Below are positions 1 through 9,310 of a stretch of 24,000 nucleotides of DNA, piece after piece. Source of the DNA: an uncultured archaeon (GTDB lineage: Archaea > Nanobdellota > Nanobdellia > Pacearchaeales > GW2011-AR1); assembly GCA_902386025.1 (NCBI GenBank), contig CABMHR010000002.1, positions 127,596 to 151,595 of the forward strand. Reading direction: 5' to 3'. A model generated the notes under the pieces. The model had not been told where the DNA came from. It worked only from the letters and a program-made list of their open reading frames with translations, and made no database searches. A program made the position numbers and the translations under genes. The first letter of the stretch is position 1; each line of letters begins with the position of its first letter.

Positions 1-26
1 AAAGGAATGCAAATGACATTCCCATT

Positions 27-725
27 ATGCAGAAAAATTTAACAATTGACAGGTTTGAAATACTGCTTGAATCAGCAGTTCAATTTGGAGAAGGAAATAG
101 AATAAGGCATCTCGCAGATATTATTGCAAAATCTTACAGCAAAAAGCCAGAAGAATTAATCTCTTTTTTCAGCAATGACAACAAGCATATTGCAGGAATT
201 GCCACTTCGGCATATTATTCAATTACAGAGGATATTGAACCTGCCCTGTCAATTGAGTATGGGGGGCTTGGAGCAGTTGTAGCAAGCACAAAAATCAGAT
301 TAAAAATAGGACAGTCCCAGTTTTTGTTTTCGAGAAACAGCGGAAATGCATTTTGGTTTTCAGAGAACAGCGGAAATGCATTTGGATATTCTGAAAACAG
401 CGGAGATTCATTCAGAAGTTCAATGAATAGGGGAGAATCTTTTAAGAATTCCATAAATCAAGGGGAATCTTTTCAGGACTCTGAAAACTGCTGGAATTCA
501 TTTGAAAAATCAACAAACAAAGGATATTCTCTATGGGGTTCAAGGAACAATGAACATTCTTTTTATTATTCTGACAACAGCGAAAATGCAGCAAGGGGTT
601 CAACAAATGATAATTATTCTTTTTGCCGCGCGAAAATCAGAGATAATGCCCTAAAAGGAGCAAAAAAGTTTGGAAATTCTTTTTGGCGTTTAGAGGGAAC
701 AAAAGAACCTATTCTTTCGCAATGA
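27..725 (+). CDS. Decapeptide-repeat protein of unknown function
   Basis: 232-aa ORF. Residues 101-220 form 12 consecutive 10-aa units (e.g. FSRNSGNAFW / FSENSGNAFG / YSENSGDSFR), with mostly Ser at unit position 2 and mostly Phe at position 9. Confidence 0.8.
   Translation: MQKNLTIDRFEILLESAVQFGEGNRIRHLADIIAKSYSKKPEELISFFSNDNKHIAGIATSAYYSITEDIEPALSIEYGGLGAVVASTKIRLKIGQSQFLFSRNSGNAFWFSENSGNAFGYSENSGDSFRSSMNRGESFKNSINQGESFQDSENCWNSFEKSTNKGYSLWGSRNNEHSFYYSDNSENAARGSTNDNYSFCRAKIRDNALKGAKKFGNSFWRLEGTKEPILSQ
327..686 (+). repeat. Coding tandem repeat, 12 units of 30 bp (10 aa)
   Basis: In-register 10-aa periodicity of the translated ORF. DNA similarity is clearest in the first units (e.g. 'gaacagcggaaatgcatt'). 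Confidence 0.85.
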
Positions 726-1302
726 ATTTGTCTCTTCCTGTCTGTTTCGCGTGATAAAGAGCCTTGTCTGCCCGCTCTTTAAACCTCTTTTTCTTTTCAT
801 TTGGTTTGTATTCTGTTACTCCACCGCTCACAGTCAGATGATGCTTCTTAAGAATGCTGTTTGAATGAATTGCAGTTCCAAGACGCGCTGCAAAATGGAT
901 TGCCTTTTTCAAGTTTGTCTCTGGCAGAAGAATCACAAATTCTTCTCCGCCAAATCTCGCTGCAATATCAGAACGCCTGATTGTCTTTTTCAGAACATTT
1001 GCAAGAACTTTCAAAAGTTCGTCTGCCTTTATGTGTCCGTAAGTATCATTTATCTTTTTGAAAAAATCAATGTCTATCAGAATAAGCGAAAGCTTCTCCT
1101 GCTCTCTTTTTGCCTTTTCTATTTCCATATCAAGTATTGTCTCAAAGAACTTGTTGTTTGATAGCCCGGTTTTCTCGTCGTGAGTAGCAACCTCATAAAG
1201 CATTGAAACAGATTCATTTATTGATTCAAACAAATCCTGAATTTTTTTTCTGAATCTTGGATCAAGAGCGTGAAGTTTATCCTCTATTTTTTTATCCCCC
1301 AT
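709..1302 (-). CDS. GGDEF-domain protein, putative diguanylate cyclase
   Basis: 197 aa with THDEKTGLSNNKFF, LILIDIDFFKKINDTYGHIKADELL, RRSDIAARFGGEEFVILLP and SGGVTEY...RADKALYHAKQTGRDK, all GGDEF-family signatures. Confidence 0.93.
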   Translation of the reverse strand: MGDKKIEDKLHALDPRFRKKIQDLFESINESVSMLYEVATHDEKTGLSNNKFFETILDMEIEKAKREQEKLSLILIDIDFFKKINDTYGHIKADELLKVLANVLKKTIRRSDIAARFGGEEFVILLPETNLKKAIHFAARLGTAIHSNSILKKHHLTVSGGVTEYKPNEKKKRFKERADKALYHAKQTGRDKFIAKE

Positions 1303-1346
1303 AAAATTATTAAAGAAATCAGATATTTAAATTTAGCCCTAAGAAA

Positions 1347-2138
1347 TTATTTTGAAATTTCACTTGTCTTTTTTTTCTGGATATAAAATTTGTTCACAAC
1401 ATCAAGAGCCTGCTTTCTCTGCTCTGAATTTCCCAACCCTTTCCAGTCAAGAAGAATCAAATCCAAATCCTCTTCTGTTCCTGCAATTGCCTCCCGAACC
1501 ATTTCTTCGGTTATTGGAAGGGCATATTGGGGAATTATATGAGCAAGTGCAATGTTTGAGTTTAGCTGAATTTTGTTGAAATTCGGGCAGTAGTGGGGCC
1601 CGCCTATGCCTATTGCAATTTCTCTGTAAGTATTTACCTTAAAGTCGCTTATTGCTTCGGCAATGGATTTGGCTACTACAAATCCTGCTTTCCTGTCTTT
1701 CCATTCTGTCTCTGTTGCTCCAATCTCTACAAATATGCACGGCTTGTTTATCAAAGGGCCGTGATGAGTGCATTCAAGAGTAAGCTTGTATTCTTTTAGG
1801 TGAAAAAATTCAATATTCTTATCCAGCTTTTCAAAAATATGCTTTTGAAACAATGCAGAAGATTTGCATACTCTTTCTGAAGTTCCTCCGAATTCTGCTT
1901 TTCTCCAGTTTCCGGGAGCGTGAATTGAAATTGTCTTGTCTCCTTTTTCTGACTGATGCTTTGAAGCAAAAATAATAAAATCATAGCTGTTTATTTTGGT
2001 TAAATCAATATTTTCTGTATGAATAATGTCTTCATCAGCCAGATAAAAATTAAATTCTCCAAATTGGCTTAATTGAGTTGTTATGTTTATTCCTGCCTTG
2101 TCAAGCTTGCTCGCAATTATCAAATAATTTTTGTACAT
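1347..2138 (-). CDS. dtdA: D-aminoacyl-tRNA deacylase (archaeal DtdA/DTD2 type)
   Basis: 263 aa with SIHAPGNW, LECTHHGP and IGIGGPHYCPNF motifs typical of the family. Confidence 0.9.
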   Translation of the reverse strand: MYKNYLIIASKLDKAGINITTQLSQFGEFNFYLADEDIIHTENIDLTKINSYDFIIFASKHQSEKGDKTISIHAPGNWRKAEFGGTSERVCKSSALFQKHIFEKLDKNIEFFHLKEYKLTLECTHHGPLINKPCIFVEIGATETEWKDRKAGFVVAKSIAEAISDFKVNTYREIAIGIGGPHYCPNFNKIQLNSNIALAHIIPQYALPITEEMVREAIAGTEEDLDLILLDWKGLGNSEQRKQALDVVNKFYIQKKKTSEISK

Positions 2139-2213
2139 AAATTAGATAAAAAGAAGAATATTTTAAAGATTGCTGTTTCGTATTTCTTTAGGTAAATATA
2201 AAAACAATATTTC

Positions 2214-2480
2214 TTGATTATTATTATGCAAGAGGTGTATCAGATAATTACAGGAATAATTCTTTTAATTTTAGGATTTCCGATAGGAAATCTTCTTGCA
2301 AGAGCAACAAAAGAAGAGCTGAAAAACGGGCAGAAATATTTCAGAATTTTGATAATTTTAAGCTTGATTGGGGCAGCTGCCTTTCTTATATTCAGCAATG
2401 ATGCACTTATGTTTGCATTTTTATTTATCGCCATTGTCGCAAGCAGAAGCCTTAGAAATTCAAAGAAGAAGAATGATTAA
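2214..2480 (+). CDS. Small membrane protein, about 2 TM segments
   Basis: 88-aa ORF (a start at Met5 is also possible) with hydrophobic segments IITGIILLILGFPIGNLL and ILIILSLIGAAAFLIF...LMFAFLFIAIVA. Confidence 0.6.
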   Translation: MIIIMQEVYQIITGIILLILGFPIGNLLARATKEELKNGQKYFRILIILSLIGAAAFLIFSNDALMFAFLFIAIVASRSLRNSKKKND

Positions 2481-2515
2481 GAAAGTTTATAAATGCTGAA
2501 TTTCTGGGGGGGATT

Positions 2516-2773
2516 ATGAAAGAAGAATCCTATTCGGAAAGAGTAAGAGGAAACAAAAACGAATATGAGAAGATAAAGAACACAATTCTGCATTCAGGAA
2601 GATATAATCTTTCCCCTGAACAGAAGCTGAAAATCACAGAGAAACTGGCTTCTATTGAATCAAACTGCTTTGAAAAAGGCATTGGCATTTGGGATGAAAG
2701 ATTCTGGGAAAATAAAACTGCTTTTTTAATTGAAATAAGAGACTCGCTGGAAGCAAGAGCTTCTGCGATATAA
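2516..2773 (+). CDS. Hypothetical protein
   Basis: 85-aa ORF in the gap between same-strand genes, 28 bp upstream of dphB, with no competing ORF. Confidence 0.6.
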   Translation: MKEESYSERVRGNKNEYEKIKNTILHSGRYNLSPEQKLKITEKLASIESNCFEKGIGIWDERFWENKTAFLIEIRDSLEARASAI

Positions 2774-2801
2774 TTTTAAATAAATAATTCTTTCTTTAAT
2801 T

Positions 2802-3512
2802 ATGTTATATCTTATTGGGCTTGGGCTTGATGAATCTGGAATTTCAAAAAGCGGGCTGGAAGCTGTGAAGAAATGCAGAAAAGTTTATCTTGAAAATTAT
2901 ACTGTAAATTTTCCTTATCCTGAAAAGAAGATTGAAAAAACAATCGGAAAGAAAATTATTTCTGTTGGGAGAGAGATTGTTGAAGGGAATGAGTTAATTA
3001 AAGAGGCAAAAAAAGGAAATATCTGCCTGCTTGTTTATGGAAGCCCTCTGACAGCAACCACGCATATTTCTCTTATTCAGGAAGCAAAGAAGAATAAAGT
3101 CAAATGCAAAATTATTTGCAATGCTTCAATATTTGACGCAATTGCAGAAACAGGACTGCAGATTTACAAATTCGGGAAAATTGCGAGTATGCCTAAATGG
3201 AGCAAAAGCTACAAGCCCACAAGCTTTATGGAAATTGTAAAACAGAATAAGGAAATTGATGCGCATAGTTTAATTTTAATTGATATCGGGCTTGATTTGA
3301 AAGATGCTCTTGAAGAGCTTGAAAAATCTGCAGAGGAATACGGAATAAAACCAGAAAAAATTCTTGTATGTTCAAGGCTTGGAGCAAAAGACAGCAGAAT
3401 AATATACAAAGAAATCAGCCAGTTAAAGAATGCAGAAATCAAAAAACCATACTGCATAATTATTCCTTCAAGGCTTCACTTTATGGAAAGCGAGGTTTTG
3501 GAAAAATTTTAG
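2802..3512 (+). CDS. dphB: Diphthine synthase
   Basis: 236 aa with MLYLIGLGLDESGIS, LLVYGSPLTATTH, ICNASIFDAIAETGLQIYKFGK and PTSFMEIVKQN, characteristic of Dph5/DphB methyltransferases. Confidence 0.95.
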   Translation: MLYLIGLGLDESGISKSGLEAVKKCRKVYLENYTVNFPYPEKKIEKTIGKKIISVGREIVEGNELIKEAKKGNICLLVYGSPLTATTHISLIQEAKKNKVKCKIICNASIFDAIAETGLQIYKFGKIASMPKWSKSYKPTSFMEIVKQNKEIDAHSLILIDIGLDLKDALEELEKSAEEYGIKPEKILVCSRLGAKDSRIIYKEISQLKNAEIKKPYCIIIPSRLHFMESEVLEKF

Positions 3513-3549
3513 AGGAATTATTTAAAAAGTTCGCTGTTTAGAATATAAT

Positions 3550-6360
3550 ATGTATGAATTTAAGAAGATTGAAGAAGAAACCAGAAAAATCTGGAAAAAA
3601 CAGAATAAGGAAATTGACAAATCAATACAGGACAATCTGAAAAAACCGCTGTTTTCTTTTCTTGAAGGCCCGCCAACTGCAAATGCCCCTCCTGCACTGC
3701 ATCATCTTGAAGTCAGAACTTTCAAGGATATAATCTGCAAATTCAAATATATGAACGGATTTGCTGTTCCAAGAAAAGGCGGATGGGACTGCCACGGACT
3801 GCCTGTTGAAGTTCAAGTTGAAAAAAAACTAAAGCTTGAATCAAAAAAAGATGTTGAAAAATACGGAGCAGACAAATTTATTGAACATTGCAGAAAAGAT
3901 GTTTTCTCAAATATTGAAGAATGGAATAAATCCACAGAGGAATTAAATTACCTTATTGACTTGAAAAATCCCTATGTTACTCTTGAAAATAATTATATTG
4001 AAAGCGTCTGGTGGAGTTTGAAGGAGCTTTACAATAAAAAAATGCTGTATGAAGGGCATAAAGTTGTTCCATTCTGTCCAAGATGCGGAACACCATTATC
4101 AAGCCACGAAGTCGCTCTTGGATATCAGGATGTCACAGAAGAATCTGTTTATATTGCGTTCAAAGCAAAGGGGAAGAACAGAGAATATATTCTGGCGTGG
4201 ACTACGACTCCCTGGACATTGCCTGGAAATGTAGCTCTTGCAGTCAATCCAATAATTGATTATGTGAAAGTCAGGCTTGACGACGGAGACAGCTTAATTC
4301 TTGGGAAAGAAAAAATCGGGCTGCTGAAAGGAAATTACAAAATTGAAAAAGAACTCAAGGGAAAAGATTTGGTTGGAATAGAATATGAGCCTTTGTATGA
4401 CATAAAAGAACTGCAGGACGGGAAATCCTACAAAGTGATTCCTGCTGATTTTGTAACAACAGAAGAAGGAACAGGAATTGTCCACACTGCAGTAATGTAT
4501 GGGGAAGATGATTACAATCTTGGGAAAAAATTCGGGCTTCCGCAGATTCATACTGTCGGGCAGGACGGAAAATTTCTGGATATTGCGCCTGAATTTTTAA
4601 GAGGAAGGTTTGTCAAGGATGCAGAAAAAGACATTAAGGAAGATTTGAAAAAAAGAAATCTGCTCTTTAAAGTAGAAAAAATAACACACGCTTATCCTTT
4701 CTGCTGGAGATGCAATTCTCTTTTGATTTATTACGGAGTAAACTCTTGGTTTATCAAAGTCAGCGAAGCAAGGGACAAGATGACTAAGCTGAACAGCAAA
4801 ATAAACTGGGAGCCGGAACATATCAAAGACGGAAGATTTGGAAAATGGCTTGAAGGTGCAAAAGACTGGGCTCTTTCAAGATTCAAATTCTGGGGGACTC
4901 CTCTTCCAATATGGAAATGCTATTCGTGCGGGGAGAAAAAAATAATAGGCAGTGTTGAAGAGCTCAAAAAAAATTCCACAAAGAAAATTTCAGGAAATAT
5001 TGATTTGCACAAGCCGTGGATTGACAGAGTGAAATTAAAATGCAAATGCGGAAAAGAAATGACAAGAATTCCTGATGTAATTGACTGCTGGTATGATTCT
5101 GGAAGCGCAAGCTTCGCGCAGTTTCATTATCCATTTGAAAACAAGAAAGAATTTGAAAGAAGATTTCCCTATGATTTCATTTCTGAAGCAATAGATCAGA
5201 CAAGGGGATGGTTCTACACTCTTCACGTGCTGGGAACACTGCTATTTGACAAGCCAGCATACAAAAATGTAATCTGCGCAGGGCATATTGTAGACGAGAA
5301 AGGCGAGAAAATGTCAAAATCAAAGGGAAATGTGATAAAGCCCACAGAAATAATTGAAAAAACAGGAGTTGATGCAGTAAGACTGCAGTTCTGCACAAGC
5401 GAAGCAGGAAACCAGAAAAGATTTTCATTTGAACTTATGAAAGAGGAAGTAATTCCTTTGCTGAATGTCTTGTACAACTGCTACAATTATTACAAACAGC
5501 TTGAAAATAAAAAAACAAAACTTCGCGTTGAAGATAAATGGATTTTAAGCAGATTAAATTCAGTTATTGAAGAGGTTACAGATGGATTAAACAATTTTTT
5601 GCTGAACAAGCCGTTTGAAGCAATCTCAAATTTTGTTGTAAATGACTTTTCAAGGCAGTATATCAAGCTGACAAGAGACAGGGAAGACACAAAAGAAGTT
5701 GTGGGGGAAGTTCTGGAAAAAATTTCGCTGATACTTGCTCCATTTGCTCCTTACATTTCGGAATATATCCATTCTGAATTTTCAAAAGAATCTGTTCATC
5801 TTTCAAAATGGGCAAAAGCAGACAAAAAGAAAATAGACAAGAAGCTGGAGGAAGAATTCAAATTTGTTTTTGAAATAATTGAAAAAGGGCTTTCTCAAAG
5901 AGACAAAGTGCAGATTGGGCTGAAGTGGCCTTTGGGAAAAGCAGTTGTTTATTCAAAAGAAAAAAAATTATCAAAAGAACTTGAAGAAATTGCAAAGAAT
6001 CAGCTTAATGTAAAATTAATTGAATTAAAAATTGGAAAAGAATTTTCTGTTGAACTTGATGTGAAGCAGACTCCTGAACTTGAAGCAGAAGGATATGCAA
6101 GAGAAATGTCAAGGCAGGTGCAGGCATTCAGAAAAGAGCTTGGATTGAACAAGAACAACACAATTGAACTTTCAATTTTCTGCGATGATGAACTTAAAAA
6201 AATTCTTGAGAAGTGGAAAACTTTTATTATGAATAGGACAAATTCCAAAAAATTGGAATTTTTTTCGGAAAATGTTACAACTGACAAGGAAAGATTTAAA
6301 AAGAATATTGAATTTAAAATCAAAGATAAAAGAGGAAAGATAGCAATTATAAAAAAATAG
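3550..6360 (+). CDS. ileS: Isoleucyl-tRNA synthetase, IleRS2-like, with variant HIGH motif ALHH
   Basis: 936 aa. FLEGPPTANAPPALHHLEVRTFKDI, GGWDCHGLPVE, AWTTTPWTLPGN, the editing domain and GEKMSKSKGNVI are present. Confidence 0.96.
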   Translation: MYEFKKIEEETRKIWKKQNKEIDKSIQDNLKKPLFSFLEGPPTANAPPALHHLEVRTFKDIICKFKYMNGFAVPRKGGWDCHGLPVEVQVEKKLKLESKKDVEKYGADKFIEHCRKDVFSNIEEWNKSTEELNYLIDLKNPYVTLENNYIESVWWSLKELYNKKMLYEGHKVVPFCPRCGTPLSSHEVALGYQDVTEESVYIAFKAKGKNREYILAWTTTPWTLPGNVALAVNPIIDYVKVRLDDGDSLILGKEKIGLLKGNYKIEKELKGKDLVGIEYEPLYDIKELQDGKSYKVIPADFVTTEEGTGIVHTAVMYGEDDYNLGKKFGLPQIHTVGQDGKFLDIAPEFLRGRFVKDAEKDIKEDLKKRNLLFKVEKITHAYPFCWRCNSLLIYYGVNSWFIKVSEARDKMTKLNSKINWEPEHIKDGRFGKWLEGAKDWALSRFKFWGTPLPIWKCYSCGEKKIIGSVEELKKNSTKKISGNIDLHKPWIDRVKLKCKCGKEMTRIPDVIDCWYDSGSASFAQFHYPFENKKEFERRFPYDFISEAIDQTRGWFYTLHVLGTLLFDKPAYKNVICAGHIVDEKGEKMSKSKGNVIKPTEIIEKTGVDAVRLQFCTSEAGNQKRFSFELMKEEVIPLLNVLYNCYNYYKQLENKKTKLRVEDKWILSRLNSVIEEVTDGLNNFLLNKPFEAISNFVVNDFSRQYIKLTRDREDTKEVVGEVLEKISLILAPFAPYISEYIHSEFSKESVHLSKWAKADKKKIDKKLEEEFKFVFEIIEKGLSQRDKVQIGLKWPLGKAVVYSKEKKLSKELEEIAKNQLNVKLIELKIGKEFSVELDVKQTPELEAEGYAREMSRQVQAFRKELGLNKNNTIELSIFCDDELKKILEKWKTFIMNRTNSKKLEFFSENVTTDKERFKKNIEFKIKDKRGKIAIIKK

Positions 6361-6435
6361 TCCCTATATGGTGATTCATAATATTTGCTCTTTTATCATA
6401 ACAATATTTAAAAACAAAAACAAACCCACATAAAT

Positions 6436-7242
6436 ATGATAGTTAAGGACGAATTTTTAAGCAGATTAAGAAAAATTTTCGATTTGAATCTGTATGAAGT
6501 TAAGGTTTGGGCTGCTTTGCTTTCAAGGGGGACAAGCACTGCAGGAGAATTAAGCAATATTTCTGATGTTCCAAGAAGCAGAGCATATGATATTCTTGAA
6601 AGTTTGGAGAAAAAAGGATTTATTCTGATGAAACTTGGAAAGCCAATCAAGTTTGTTGCATTAAAGCCAGAAGAAGTAATTGAAAGAGTAAAGAAAAATC
6701 TTGTAAAATATGCAAAAGAGAAAACAGAAAGGCTTGAAAATCTTAGAGATGATGAAGTTCTTGAAGAATTAAATTCATTATTCACAAAAGGAATAAAATT
6801 TGTGGAGCCTTCTGACTTGTCAGGAAGCTTGAGAGGAAGGCAGAATCTTTACAATCATCTTGATATGATGCTTAGAGATGCAGAAAAGTCAATAACAATC
6901 GTAACAACAAAAGAAGGGCTGAACAGAAAGTTTGAAGCAATAATGCCTACATTAGACAGATGCAAAAAAAGAGGAGTGAAAATAAGAATCGCTGCTCCTG
7001 TTGACAGCAGCAATATAAAATTCGCAAGAGAATTCAAGAAAGTTGCAGAAGTAAGGGACTTGGACAAAATGAAGGCAAGATTTGTAATCATTGACGAAAA
7101 TCAGCTGATGTTTATGCTTCTTGATGATGAGAAATTCCATCCAAACTATGATGTTGGAATATGGGTTAATACAGAATTTTTTGCTCAAGCGTTGGAGCAA
7201 TTGTTTGAACTTGCCTGGAAGGATATGAAGGCAGTAAAGTAA
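6436..7242 (+). CDS. TrmB-family transcriptional regulator
   Basis: 268 aa. N-terminal winged-helix LNLYEVKVWAALLSRGTSTAGELSNISDVPRSRAYDILESLEKKGFI, followed by a C-terminal sensor-like domain. Confidence 0.9.
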   Translation: MIVKDEFLSRLRKIFDLNLYEVKVWAALLSRGTSTAGELSNISDVPRSRAYDILESLEKKGFILMKLGKPIKFVALKPEEVIERVKKNLVKYAKEKTERLENLRDDEVLEELNSLFTKGIKFVEPSDLSGSLRGRQNLYNHLDMMLRDAEKSITIVTTKEGLNRKFEAIMPTLDRCKKRGVKIRIAAPVDSSNIKFAREFKKVAEVRDLDKMKARFVIIDENQLMFMLLDDEKFHPNYDVGIWVNTEFFAQALEQLFELAWKDMKAVK

Positions 7243-7317
7243 TATCTTTAATTAGTTCTTAAAAAATTAATGCAAGAAATATAAAAGTAATAAAAAAATA
7301 AAATAAAAAGAGTATTT

Positions 7318-7515
7318 TTATTGTTTAAGCACAGCAAGCACTACACTTAACAATGTTGTTACAACTACAATCCATCCTGCTATCATTGTAACAATTGATG
7401 GAATCCATGGAACAGTCAAAGAACCGCCTGTCATAGCAAAACCTACTGCTAATGAGACGAGAACTCCTGTAAGCCACGCAACAAAGTTTAGTACACCTTT
7501 AACTTTCTTTCCCAT
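7318..7515 (-). CDS. Small two-TM membrane protein
   Basis: 65 aa, two hydrophobic helices. A strong Shine-Dalgarno-like 'aaaggaggtaggat' precedes the ATG on the minus strand. Confidence 0.7.
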   Translation of the reverse strand: MGKKVKGVLNFVAWLTGVLVSLAVGFAMTGGSLTVPWIPSIVTMIAGWIVVVTTLLSVVLAVLKQ

Positions 7516-7576
7516 ATCCTACCTCCTTTTTCCTGTAAGATATAGAAGGAAAAATGCTTTAAATAAGTTTTGCCGG

Positions 7577-9277
7577 CTACATTTCTTCTATTGCTTCAAT
7601 TCCAAGAAGATAGAGGGAATTTTTCAGAACCTGCCTGAAAGAATTTATCAAAGACAGGCGGAAATCTTCCCTGTCTGAATTTATGACAGGACAGGCGTGA
7701 TAAAATTCATTGAACAGCTGGGAAAGCTGATAGGAATAATTTGCAATTGCTGCAGGATTCCTGTTTGAAAAAGAATTAAGAACAATATCCTTGAATTGAA
7801 GCAGTTTTTTTATCAGTTCAAATTCTGCAGATTCCAGTTTTCCTTTTTCAAGATTTTTTTTGAAATTCTTTCCTGCTTTTTTTATTATTGAACTTGCTCT
7901 TGCATAGCTGTAAAGAATATATGCTCCTGAATCGCCTTCAAAATTTAAAGCATCTTCTTTGCTGAAAATTATAACCCTGTTTGAACTTTGTTTCAGCATA
8001 AAATATTTTATTGAAGCTATTGAAATTTTCAATGCCCTATTTTCCAATTCTTTTTCTGATATTAAAGGCTGTCTTTTTTTTATTTCTTCCTTGGAGTAAT
8101 CTGTCATTTCTTTCAAAAAATCAGAATATAAAATGTTCTCGCCTGTTCTTGAAGACATTTTTCCTGTAGGCAGGCGGACTTCAGAGAACGGAACAAATTC
8201 GCAATTGCCTGCCTTTTTGAATTTCATAAGTTCAAGCGTCTTGAACAGCTGAGCCATATGCAAAGACTGCGCTGCACCTATAACATAAATATTTTTATCC
8301 AGTTTGAATTTTTTGAATTTTTCTTCAGCCAAAGCCAAATCTTTTGCAGAATACAAAACTGTCTTGTCTTTTCTAAGCAAAACCCAAACCCCAAGATTAT
8401 ATTTCTTCAAATCCACAATAATCGCATCATCGCTGATTTCAGCAATTCTTTTTTTCAATAATTCTTCTGTAATTTTCTTTCCACTCTTCTCAACTTTGCT
8501 TTCAAAAAAATAAACATCAAAATGCGTGTTTAATTCTTTGTATATTTTTACAAATGAATCCAAGCTTAGCTTTCTTGTTTTTTTCCAGAGAGAAACCAGT
8601 GATTTGTCTTTTCCTTCTGACAATTTCCTGTTTATGACATCAACTTCTTTCTGCAATAATTCATTTTCTGCCAGATGTTTTACAGAATCAACATAAATTG
8701 AAGCAATCCACGATTCGTCTTTTCTTAATTTTTCTTTTGAATGATATTTTTTGTAGCACCATATCCATTTTGCAACGTGCATCCCAGAATCCCCCTGATA
8801 GTTTGCCCTCAAAACTTTTTCTCCTGAAAATTCAAAAATTCTGGCTAAACTTTCTCCTATGCTTGTCCCTCTGATATGCCCAACGTGAAATGCCTTGTGT
8901 GTATTTGCCTGCGAGAATTCAATCATTATTTTCTCCTTCTTTTTTGCATCCGGCTTTCCGAAATTATCTTTTTCTTTTAATATTTCTTTGATTAAATTGC
9001 CTGCAATTTTTTCCCTGTTCAAAAAGAAATTTATGTAAGCCCCCTTTGCCTGAATTGATTCAAAGTTTTCTGAAGAATTAATTTTGTTTTTTATTTCAGA
9101 TGCAATCTTGACAGGATTGTCCTTTAATTTTTCCTTTAATGAAAAGCACGGAAAAGAATAATCGCCCAAATCAGAAGAAGGCGGAATTTCCAAACTGCCC
9201 TCAATTTCCTCTTCTTTTAATTCAATTCCCTTTTCTGCAAGAGCTTTTTTCAAAATTTTTGCAATCAGCTTCTTCAT
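7577..9277 (-). CDS. argS: Arginyl-tRNA synthetase
   Basis: Track ORF 7577..9295. The likelier start is MKKLIAKI at 9277. Contains QANTHKAFHVGHIRG, a PTGKMSSRTGENI signature loop and a C-terminal DALR-like anticodon-binding region. Confidence 0.95.
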   Translation of the reverse strand: MKKLIAKILKKALAEKGIELKEEEIEGSLEIPPSSDLGDYSFPCFSLKEKLKDNPVKIASEIKNKINSSENFESIQAKGAYINFFLNREKIAGNLIKEILKEKDNFGKPDAKKKEKIMIEFSQANTHKAFHVGHIRGTSIGESLARIFEFSGEKVLRANYQGDSGMHVAKWIWCYKKYHSKEKLRKDESWIASIYVDSVKHLAENELLQKEVDVINRKLSEGKDKSLVSLWKKTRKLSLDSFVKIYKELNTHFDVYFFESKVEKSGKKITEELLKKRIAEISDDAIIVDLKKYNLGVWVLLRKDKTVLYSAKDLALAEEKFKKFKLDKNIYVIGAAQSLHMAQLFKTLELMKFKKAGNCEFVPFSEVRLPTGKMSSRTGENILYSDFLKEMTDYSKEEIKKRQPLISEKELENRALKISIASIKYFMLKQSSNRVIIFSKEDALNFEGDSGAYILYSYARASSIIKKAGKNFKKNLEKGKLESAEFELIKKLLQFKDIVLNSFSNRNPAAIANYSYQLSQLFNEFYHACPVINSDREDFRLSLINSFRQVLKNSLYLLGIEAIEEM

Positions 9278-9310
9278 AAAGTTTATAACCCGCATTTGTT
9301 TTTATATCTT

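Noticed and set aside
327-686. Possible CRISPR-like array because of 30-bp periodicity
   Set aside because: The periodicity is an in-frame amino-acid repeat with degenerate DNA and no constant repeat/variable spacer structure.
6000-6323. 107-aa minus-strand ORF
   Set aside because: Lies entirely antisense within ileS, with low-complexity Ser/Phe composition and no recognisable domain.
6408-6785. 125-aa minus-strand ORF
   Set aside because: Antisense to the clear TrmB-family gene; Ser/Phe-rich composition typical of a reverse-frame artefact in an AT-rich genome.
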